IMG/VR virus record: IMGVR_UViG_3300044712_001255 | Span: 1-64,000 of that record | Direction: 5' to 3' (one strand) | DNA: 64,000 bases | Part shown: piece by piece, positions 47,718 to 54,895 of the stretch | How the letters are laid out: every line of letters starts with the position of its first letter | Position numbering within the stretch: the stretch's first letter is position 1 | The notes under the pieces: model-generated | What the model saw: the letters and a program-made list of their open reading frames with translations, nothing else | Told to the model about the DNA's origin: nothing | Databases searched by the model: none | Made by a program: the position numbers and the translations under genes

Positions 47718-48287
47718 ATGGACGAGCTAACACAGTTTATCAGAGAGACGGTGGATGACCACCTGCGGTCTCGTGGTATGGACTCTGCCAAAACGTATGT
47801 TGTGGTGGACGAAGCATCAAATGTTGCGACGTTTCTGCTGTTCAATTTGACGGGTCAACTCGTTGGGTATCAACAGTATCGTCCTGACGCAGATAAAAAG
47901 GTTGGCAATGATCCATCACTTGCTCGATACTTCACATACGTCGGGTCAGAAGGCAAGGGCAAGAAGCTTGCTGTGTGGGGGTTAGAAACAGTTGAATGGA
48001 CTGATGATTACCTGTTTGTTGTTGAAGGCATTTTTGATGCCGTAAAGGTGCATAACGCAGGTCACCCTTGCATTGCTGTATTGTGTAATGACCCTCGACC
48101 GATGAAAGCATGGTTCAAGGCAATGGGCAAACACGTGATCGCCGTGTTAGATCGTGACGCAGCTGGTAATAAGCTGCGAAATATTGCAAACGCTAATGTT
48201 GTCGTACCTGAACCATACAAGGATTTGGGTGATATGCCACAGGAAGAGGCAACTCGTTTCATTGACCATGCATTGACGAATACTTAG
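47718..48287 (+). CDS. Toprim-domain primase-like protein without Zn finger
   Basis: FVVEGIFD, VLDRDAAG, YKDLGD. ORF track start is 47676. Confidence 0.8.
   Translation: MDELTQFIRETVDDHLRSRGMDSAKTYVVVDEASNVATFLLFNLTGQLVGYQQYRPDADKKVGNDPSLARYFTYVGSEGKGKKLAVWGLETVEWTDDYLFVVEGIFDAVKVHNAGHPCIAVLCNDPRPMKAWFKAMGKHVIAVLDRDAAGNKLRNIANANVVVPEPYKDLGDMPQEEATRFIDHALTNT
48280..48286 (+). promoter_or_regulatory. Candidate late promoter ATACTTA
   Basis: Recurrent motif, 6 nt before ATG 48293. Confidence 0.4.
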
Positions 48288-48292
48288 AAAGC

Positions 48293-49015
48293 ATGGGTTT
48301 GTTGTCTGAAGGGCTTATGGAGCCAGAGGCGATTATCGAAGCGTATATCAAGCAACATGCTTCTGAACTTGCGACATTGCAAGGATGGTTGAGCATTGGA
48401 ACATTTCTACGAAGAGTAGCATCCGAATATTTTACGCCCAAGAAACCAGCTGAGCCACGAGTGAATAGACCATTAAACGCACGTCAGCAACAGGCGTCAA
48501 GAAGCATTTATGAAGTATCAGCCGAGGAACAAAGAATCGCTGAAAGAATTGTCAAGAACAGCGCAAAGATCGCCACTCACTTGTGGGGCATTGTACAAAT
48601 AGCCTCAAAGAAACAAGCAACCGAGATAGACGGCGCAATATCAAATGCGTTAAATACGATGTGGCCAATAATCATAGGGCGACAAAATTCATCATTAGAT
48701 AAGGTAAAATCTTACTTGCAATTGTTATTGTCTGAGGCAGACAATGGTGACAAGGGCGATGATAAGAAGACAACTTCTGGTCCATCAAAAGATCGTGACA
48801 CTGGCGAAATTCTATATCACCTTGACATGGCAACTCGTCACCTTGATGTGTTGGTGGATTATACGCTTGTGATGGGTCATGAAGAAGAGATCGTAAGCAT
48901 TTCTTCGTCTGTCCAAGAACTTGCCCAGAGATTACGTTCTGAGCTTGAGGCTGCTCGTGTTCCTCTTGATGAACGTGAGCCAGAAGGCGGAGAACCGCCC
49001 GCTGGTCCTGGGTGA
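48293..49015 (+). CDS. Hypothetical protein, possible internal head protein
   Basis: N-terminal LLSEG and LME motifs. Confidence 0.7.
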   Translation: MGLLSEGLMEPEAIIEAYIKQHASELATLQGWLSIGTFLRRVASEYFTPKKPAEPRVNRPLNARQQQASRSIYEVSAEEQRIAERIVKNSAKIATHLWGIVQIASKKQATEIDGAISNALNTMWPIIIGRQNSSLDKVKSYLQLLLSEADNGDKGDDKKTTSGPSKDRDTGEILYHLDMATRHLDVLVDYTLVMGHEEEIVSISSSVQELAQRLRSELEAARVPLDEREPEGGEPPAGPG

Positions 49016-49061
49016 TACATCTTTCATACAGTAGTGTATAGTCTCTTCAATTAGGAGAGAC

Positions 49062-49469
49062 ATGAGTTTGAAGCTTAAACTGACGCCGGCTGAGACGCTT
49101 GCGCTTTATGACATTGTAACGTTGTTAGATCATGCCAAGGATCTTCCTGAGGATCACCCGCTTGTAGCAGAAACTATCTTGGGAGGCGTGAGACGTAAGC
49201 TTCGATTTCTGATTGAGAAGACTCTTAATACTAGTAAGAGCGACGAGGCAGAACCATTTTACGTTGACGCTGGGAACTTGAAAAAGGAGAAACTTGAGGA
49301 GTGGTTGTCAATTCAACACGAAAAGCTTGCGTCATTGCAAGATAAGCGTGTGGGTCTACCACAACAAGCCGCAGACCAATCTGTAGATGTTGTTCTGGAC
49401 GACCTACAGAATCGACCAGATTATCCAAAGAACTTTGTTCGTCGCGACAAGAAACGTCGTGGACGATAG
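49062..49469 (+). CDS. Hypothetical protein abutting tmRNA
   Basis: AGGAGA SD; basic tail RRDKKRRGR; stop codon 3 nt before the tmRNA. Confidence 0.75.
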   Translation: MSLKLKLTPAETLALYDIVTLLDHAKDLPEDHPLVAETILGGVRRKLRFLIEKTLNTSKSDEAEPFYVDAGNLKKEKLEEWLSIQHEKLASLQDKRVGLPQQAADQSVDVVLDDLQNRPDYPKNFVRRDKKRRGR

Positions 49470-49472
49470 AAT

Positions 49473-49830
49473 GGGACCGACAGGATTCGACGGAGGTAAT
49501 AACTAAACAATTGCACGCAGGCGGTGCTCGCGTCCGCCTCAAACAATGTGAGCAAACGTTCAGTTGCAAACGACAACGCAACAGTTCTTCGGGCTGCGGC
49601 TTGAGAACCGATCCTAAGATGAGATAGTTCTTGTAATCTGTGGATCGTCAACCCACCAGAGCTTGGCCAAGCGGTAATTGTGTGATAGGCCGATGGCGAG
49701 AAAAATACACACAGGCCTCCTTTGGCAGCACAAAGGAACTCACCCGTCAGGGATATGATGGGCAAGCGTGTGAATGAAATTGAATAGAGAAGACTTGCGG
49801 ACGGTGGTTCAAATCCACCCGGTTCCACTA
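49473..49830 (+). ncRNA. ssrA: tmRNA (transfer-messenger RNA), tag ANDNATVLRAAA
   Basis: 5' GGGACCG pairs with 3' CGGTTCC-A including the G3-U wobble; GGATTCGAC D-loop mimic; T arm GGTGG-TTCAAAT-CCACC; pk1 GCAC/GTGC with AGGCG/CGCCT; tag ORF 49566-49604. Confidence 0.97.
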
Positions 49831-49856
49831 TGATCAATTTTCATTAGTTCCACCAT

Positions 49857-49885
49857 TTTTACGTTTCATAAGAGAAGCGTACAGT
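49857..49885 (+). promoter_or_regulatory. Promoter TTTTAC-17-TACAGT
   Basis: Same form as 8171, 11514 and 28530. Confidence 0.5.
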
Positions 49886-49901
49886 TATTAGCGAGGACAC
49901 T

Positions 49902-50087
49902 ATGTCAGCACAAACAGATATTTTGGCAGAGAAGATCAGAGAAATTGAAACGCAGCTAACGGAGGCTAAGACTTCCGGGAATGCGGATCGCATCACAGAG
50001 TTGCAGACACGCAAGGATGATCTCGCAAAGCAGCTTGCTACTGCAAATTCATCGTTGAATGAGGGACGTCAACTTTTGAAGGGGTAA
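49902..50087 (+). CDS. Small helical-hairpin protein
   Basis: GAGGA SD; 61 aa. Confidence 0.75.
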   Translation: MSAQTDILAEKIREIETQLTEAKTSGNADRITELQTRKDDLAKQLATANSSLNEGRQLLKG

Positions 50088-50088
50088 T

Positions 50089-50316
50089 ATGCCACAGAAT
50101 CCTCCCGTAGATCTATATCAGCCGCTTGTTGCAAATCGTGTTGGGCCACCGCCTGTTGTGATTCGTGCGATTGTAACACCTCATCAGGCAGGCCTCGTAG
50201 AAGGTGTGCCAGCGTCAACTACGCGTGGTGAACATTACGTGTTGCTGTCAATTCTACCAACGGAACTGCGTCGTCGTGTTGAGCTTGCAGTACAGACAGT
50301 TACGCAGGGTCAGTGA
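50089..50316 (+). CDS. Hypothetical protein
   Basis: Starts 1 nt after the upstream stop; 75 aa. Confidence 0.7.
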   Translation: MPQNPPVDLYQPLVANRVGPPPVVIRAIVTPHQAGLVEGVPASTTRGEHYVLLSILPTELRRRVELAVQTVTQGQ

Positions 50317-50333
50317 TACAGTGATATGATACT

Positions 50334-50342
50334 TGATACGAT
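50334..50342 (+). promoter_or_regulatory. Extended -10 TGA-TACGAT, 6 nt before ATG 50349 (predicted leaderless)
   Basis: Motif and spacing read directly. Confidence 0.5.
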
Positions 50343-50348
50343 GCCAGG

Positions 50349-50939
50349 ATGGCGTATCATGGGTATTTGCAACTGGTAAAGGAATTTTTATATTCCAAGG
50401 AAACACCTACGTTTCTTGAAATAGGTGTTGATAACGGCGCCTCATTGGTGCCGTTGGTCGTTTTCCTTACACGCACAAAGCAACGTTTCTTCGTATCGGG
50501 AATTGATGTTCGATTTCATGAGCATCTAAAGATCATTCTTGGTAACATCGACTTGTCAGAGGGACAAGTCATTCAGATGTTCGAAGAGAGTAGCCTCAAG
50601 GTTCTTCCAGCGCTTGTAGAAGCAAAGGCAAAGTTTGATCTTCTACTCATAGACGGCGATCACAACTATTACACAGTTGCGCAGGAATTGCAATATGTGC
50701 CAGACCTCACCCACGATCATAGCATGATTATCATTGATGATTATGCAGGTCGATGGTCAGATAAGGACCTTTGGTATTCGCAGCGAGACGGATATCAGAA
50801 TGTGACATCTGCAACAACACCCGTTGATACTGAAAAACACGGTGTGAAAGCAGCTGTTGATGAATTTGTTGCTGCACATCCAGAGTGGAAGATTCATACA
50901 CCAATTCCTGGAGAGCCTGTTCTACTCGTTAAACAGTGA
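50349..50939 (+). CDS. Class I SAM methyltransferase (Methyltransf_24-like)
   Basis: FLEIGVDNGAS and FDLLLIDGDHNY...IIDDY. Confidence 0.88.
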   Translation: MAYHGYLQLVKEFLYSKETPTFLEIGVDNGASLVPLVVFLTRTKQRFFVSGIDVRFHEHLKIILGNIDLSEGQVIQMFEESSLKVLPALVEAKAKFDLLLIDGDHNYYTVAQELQYVPDLTHDHSMIIIDDYAGRWSDKDLWYSQRDGYQNVTSATTPVDTEKHGVKAAVDEFVAAHPEWKIHTPIPGEPVLLVKQ

Positions 50940-50957
50940 TCTCTCAAGGCATACAAT
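50929..50957 (+). promoter_or_regulatory. Promoter TTAAAC-17-TACAAT, 6 nt before ATG 50964 (predicted leaderless)
   Basis: Motif and spacing read directly; no SD. Confidence 0.55.
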
Positions 50958-50963
50958 AGACGT

Positions 50964-51620
50964 ATGCATAAGGTAATTGAATACGTTGATGACTCTGATA
51001 ATGAGCGCCAGACTGAAAGTTGGCAATCAAAGCGCATCGAACAGTACGTGTCTATTGACACTGCGTCCGGACCAATTTTGGTGCGTTCTTCTGCGATAGA
51101 TGAAGCAGTCAGTCGACCTGCTACTGGAAATTCTCCCGACATTCACAATGAGCAAAAGCTATTTCAGCGTCAACAGGCAGACAAGGAATTTCAGACTTTT
51201 CGCGAGGCGGTGAATGAAAGCGTAAAGACTGTTCCCGCTATTGTGTCCGAACAGACTATTACTGATCTACGGGCGCCAATCTATTCAAATATTACAAGCG
51301 ATGATGTTCCTACAGCGCTACACGTTAAGTGTGTAAAGAGGAATGATATGTCTGAAGACACGCTGTTTGATTGGCAGAATCAGACGTATGTGCACCTTGA
51401 ATCTATGCCACCCGAGCTTCGTGATGTGGTTGTTGCGTACACAAGATTGTTGGTGATGAATGACATCGCAGTAAGGATTGGGTCAAAGAACGTTTACTTC
51501 GAAAAGCTAACTGTTGCCGTTGATAACTTTCGTCAAGCAATTCAGTCTCTAAATCGTGCGCATGATCTGCACGAGTATGCCACGCTGGATGAGATCTATG
51601 AGCAGTGTGGCGTACGGTAA
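50964..51620 (+). CDS. Hypothetical protein
   Basis: 218-aa ORF with promoter support. Confidence 0.75.
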   Translation: MHKVIEYVDDSDNERQTESWQSKRIEQYVSIDTASGPILVRSSAIDEAVSRPATGNSPDIHNEQKLFQRQQADKEFQTFREAVNESVKTVPAIVSEQTITDLRAPIYSNITSDDVPTALHVKCVKRNDMSEDTLFDWQNQTYVHLESMPPELRDVVVAYTRLLVMNDIAVRIGSKNVYFEKLTVAVDNFRQAIQSLNRAHDLHEYATLDEIYEQCGVR

Positions 51621-52356
51621 TGCGTTAGATGAGCTTCGTAAGTTACCTGACGCAAGCATAGATCTCATATACACTGACCCTCCGTTCAACACAGGACAGC
51701 ACCAAAAATCTGCAAGATCAGGGTTAAGTTACCTTGATAAGCACGATGATTATATGTCTTGGGTGAAGCAGTGGGTCAGTGAATGTCATCGTGTGTTGGC
51801 AGATCATGGTACAATCTATTTGCATTTGGACGAAAGAGAAGCTTACAAGGTACGTTTGCTTGTCTTAGATGCCATTTTTGGTGAGCAAAATTATCTATCA
51901 ACAGTGATATGGGCATATGATTTTGGAGGTCGCGGCAAAGATAGGTGGCCAGCAAAACACGATGTCATCCTAGTGTATGCAAAGTTAAAGGGAAAGCACA
52001 CATTCAATTGGGACGCCATTGAACGTATCCCGTACATGGCGCCTGGCCTGCAAAAGGATCAAACCCGCGCTACAGCTGGCAAAGTTCCAACAGACGTGTG
52101 GTGGATGTCAATTGTTGGTACGAATTCAAAAGAACGTATTGGATATCCCAATCAGAAACCACGTAAGTTGATTGAACGAGCAATACAGGCGTCATCCAAC
52201 CCAGGTGCAATTGTATTAGACCCATTCGCTGGATCTGGTACAACTGGAGATGCCGCTGCGTCTCTTGGACGCAAGTTTATGCTATTTGACAATAATCCTG
52301 ATGCAATCAAGGTGATGAATGAGCGTCTTGCAGGGTACCTAACTTGTTCGAGTTGA
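51598..52356 (+). CDS. Beta-class N4-C/N6-A DNA methyltransferase
   Basis: IYTDPPFN (motif IV) precedes YPNQKP and VLDPFAGSGTT (motif I). Confidence 0.93.
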   Translation: MSSVAYGNALDELRKLPDASIDLIYTDPPFNTGQHQKSARSGLSYLDKHDDYMSWVKQWVSECHRVLADHGTIYLHLDEREAYKVRLLVLDAIFGEQNYLSTVIWAYDFGGRGKDRWPAKHDVILVYAKLKGKHTFNWDAIERIPYMAPGLQKDQTRATAGKVPTDVWWMSIVGTNSKERIGYPNQKPRKLIERAIQASSNPGAIVLDPFAGSGTTGDAAASLGRKFMLFDNNPDAIKVMNERLAGYLTCSS

Positions 52357-52375
52357 ACGCTGGAGGACTAGTTAA

Positions 52376-53182
52376 ATGACCATGAGAACCATCGGCAAAG
52401 GAACATCAGGAGATGATGTTTCACAATGGCAAACATTTTTACGTGGTCTTGAATACAACGTTGTTATCAACGGAGAATTTGATGATGCAACAGAAACTGC
52501 AACGATAGCGTTTCAAGGTAATGTTGGGTTATATGCTGATGGACTTGTCGGAGACGATACATACAAGGCTGCAATAGATGCAGGATTTCATGTCGTTCTC
52601 GATGATTTTGATAACGAATTTGGCACGAAGTGGCCGCCGCAATCAATCAATTACATCACGCCAGCAGAGAGAGAACAACTATTTGGAAAGTTTAGCTATA
52701 AGTCAACACCCGTAGCAGGAATGCCTGAGGCTATCACAATCACGGATGGGTGGGCTTCTCGCAACATTGCTGTGTATGAAATCCCTCAGTTAGCAGGTAT
52801 CTTGGGTGCTCCGAAAAATTGTAAGGTAGAAATCAACAAGAAAGCTGCACCTCAAATCATCAAAACATTTCAAGATTGGGAAGACGCTGGACTAAAAGAT
52901 CGTGTGATAGCATGGGCAGGATGTTGGGCTCCACGATTCATAAGGGGTTCAACTACTACGCTGTCAAATCACTCTTGGGCAACTGCATTTGATATCAACG
53001 CTGGCCAAAATGGATTGGGTTGTACGCCTGCGCTAAAGGGAAAGTTGGGTTGCGTAAGAGAATTAGTACAGATAGCTGCAAGCAATGGGTTATTCTGGGG
53101 CGGGTGGTGGGGATATTCAAATTCCGGCTCTGGAAGATCTGACGGTATGCATTTTGAGGTTGCTTATCTAATTGAAAGCTAA
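52376..53182 (+). CDS. Endolysin: peptidoglycan-binding domain + M15 peptidase
   Basis: DVSQWQTFL...FQGNVGLYADGLVG (PG-binding); R...SNHSWATAFDIN...DGMHFE (M15). Confidence 0.9.
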   Translation: MTMRTIGKGTSGDDVSQWQTFLRGLEYNVVINGEFDDATETATIAFQGNVGLYADGLVGDDTYKAAIDAGFHVVLDDFDNEFGTKWPPQSINYITPAEREQLFGKFSYKSTPVAGMPEAITITDGWASRNIAVYEIPQLAGILGAPKNCKVEINKKAAPQIIKTFQDWEDAGLKDRVIAWAGCWAPRFIRGSTTTLSNHSWATAFDINAGQNGLGCTPALKGKLGCVRELVQIAASNGLFWGGWWGYSNSGSGRSDGMHFEVAYLIES

Positions 53183-53185
53183 TAG

Positions 53186-53644
53186 ATGACTGCTATTCGG
53201 GTCACAGAGGGCGTTGTTGACGCCCAATACGTAATACTGCAACCCGACCCAGATTTACCCAACGCTCGGCAGCTCATCACAGGGTCTGGAATCATACTAA
53301 CGGACAACCCAGCGTCTGGAACTTTAACAATCTCAATAGATTCTGCGTACATTCAAACTTTAGTTTCTGCGTCCACTCGAACGGTATCAAGAGCAAGTGT
53401 TACGCAAAGAGTCCCTGCGGGTACAAATGTGACATTTGGATCCAACCTTGACGCGTCATTAGCAAATTACACAGGGAAAAATTTCTCAACAAACGTAGAC
53501 GTATTTTTGAATGGTAGATTTCTTTGGCCTGGCATATTGTCGTCTTCGTGCGACGTTTATCCTGGAGATTCTCCTGCGTCTGGAGATCTAAAGTTCACTG
53601 ATGATTTAATGTCGGGATCTGTTGTTAGTCTTATCGTGTATTGA
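53186..53644 (+). CDS. Putative virion/fibre-associated protein
   Basis: DAQYVIL...LPNARQLITGSGI motif shared with 54239; VDVFLNG motif. Confidence 0.6.
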   Translation: MTAIRVTEGVVDAQYVILQPDPDLPNARQLITGSGIILTDNPASGTLTISIDSAYIQTLVSASTRTVSRASVTQRVPAGTNVTFGSNLDASLANYTGKNFSTNVDVFLNGRFLWPGILSSSCDVYPGDSPASGDLKFTDDLMSGSVVSLIVY

Positions 53645-53672
53645 CACAGAATAATCGAGTTATTCTTGTGTT
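53643..53672 (+). terminator. Stem-loop after 53644
   Basis: GACACAGAATAA-TCGAG-TTATTC(T)TGTGTT with one bulge. Confidence 0.5.
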
Positions 53673-53750
53673 GGCTTCTTCATTTACGCACAATGAAAAA
53701 ACTAACCATTTCCTGAAGACACGAATGCTCAATTGCAAGTGTTGTGTCTG

Positions 53751-53757
53751 ATAGTTA
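53751..53757 (+). promoter_or_regulatory. Candidate late promoter ATAGTTA (fibre operon)
   Basis: Recurrent motif, 8 nt before ATG 53766. Confidence 0.45.
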
Positions 53758-53765
53758 CTCGTTGA

Positions 53766-54239
53766 ATGACATTCAAAACACCAGATCAATTTCCTGGCGT
53801 GTCTATCGAAGAAGGACAAATCTTTGAAGACGTAGGCGTTGTTCCAACACAACAGGGCGAAGTACGTTATTTGTCTGGGTCATTCATTATGAGTGATTCA
53901 TTGGGCGCATTCAATCCGCGTCATACTGGATCAACGTTTGATGAACAACAACATGAAGGATTATATACACTTACGCATTTTCAAACTATGAATACGTTTG
54001 ACGAAGTGATCTACACAGGGTTGCCACGACGAATTTCAAATGTAATTTCTTGGGATAGTCCATCAAAAATTCGTAAGGTGCGTGAGCAACGTTACATATA
54101 CACGCAACACAGGGTAACGCAGTTGATAGATGCACAATATGATGCTATTGGTACACTAAAATACGTACTCACAGAAAGTGTTTCATATGTTGATTCACTT
54201 AGCTTTTATGTTTCAAATATCAACAGGACAAGAAACTGA
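53766..54239 (+). CDS. Putative virion protein
   Basis: TGATG overlap coupling; fibre operon context. Confidence 0.6.
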   Translation: MTFKTPDQFPGVSIEEGQIFEDVGVVPTQQGEVRYLSGSFIMSDSLGAFNPRHTGSTFDEQQHEGLYTLTHFQTMNTFDEVIYTGLPRRISNVISWDSPSKIRKVREQRYIYTQHRVTQLIDAQYDAIGTLKYVLTESVSYVDSLSFYVSNINRTRN

Positions 54240-54895
54240 TGCCGTCAACAGTAGCAATCATTCAAATTGATGATTCGTCTGACAAGACGATTCATGGCAT
54301 TTGGCAATTCGACAAGAGTCTTGGTGGTACAATCGTCTTGCCATTTGTTACGGGCGCTTTACCTGCGTCTGGTATGACACACGAAGTCATCATATCTGGT
54401 ACATATATGTACACCTGGGATGGCGTTGCGTGGGTACCACTGCAGACAGTGTGTCCCGCCGGCGCCGATCCAAACGCTCAATATCTTGTATTATCATCGT
54501 CGACATTTAATCCGAATGAACGTGTATTAGTTTTGGGAACGGGGCTGTCAGGATCAGATGGCGGCCCGACATCTGTATTTTCAGCAAGTGTTGATTTCCG
54601 TCAAACATCATTTGTGAATGATACAGGACCATTTGAATTATTGGCGCAAGCAGAATCAGCGTACAAGGTGACGCAAAATACAGTATTTCCGCTGACTGTT
54701 TCGTGGTACGCAGACGCTGGACACACTACACTATTACAACGCAAAACTATGGTACGTAATGCGCAACAAAATCCAACAACAATAAATTGGTTCTTATATG
54801 AAGCTGATGGCGTGTCATTGCGGCGGCAATATCAGGAAACCATTACTTATACAGGCGTAAATGAGACGAACCGAATCCGTACAAGGATACTATGA
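54239..54895 (+). CDS. Putative virion protein
   Basis: NAQYLVL...NPNERVLVLGTGL motif; C-terminal domain resembles 53766. Confidence 0.6.
   Translation: MPSTVAIIQIDDSSDKTIHGIWQFDKSLGGTIVLPFVTGALPASGMTHEVIISGTYMYTWDGVAWVPLQTVCPAGADPNAQYLVLSSSTFNPNERVLVLGTGLSGSDGGPTSVFSASVDFRQTSFVNDTGPFELLAQAESAYKVTQNTVFPLTVSWYADAGHTTLLQRKTMVRNAQQNPTTINWFLYEADGVSLRRQYQETITYTGVNETNRIRTRIL

Noticed and set aside
49062-49469. Annotation as SmpB
   Set aside because: Lacks the SmpB core motifs; kept only as a positional curiosity.
49421-49837. 138-aa minus-strand ORF (MIIVEPGGFEPPS...)
   Set aside because: It is the antisense shadow of the tmRNA; EPGGFEP is the typical translation of a reversed T arm.
46829-52356. 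Restriction-modification pair (PD-(D/E)xK nuclease plus methyltransferase)
   Set aside because: The genes are about 4 kb apart in separate transcription units, and the nuclease has homing-type DNA-binding modules.
52368-52374. CTAGTTA as a late promoter for the endolysin
   Set aside because: It lies between a good GGAGG SD and the start codon, so it is probably just the SD spacer.
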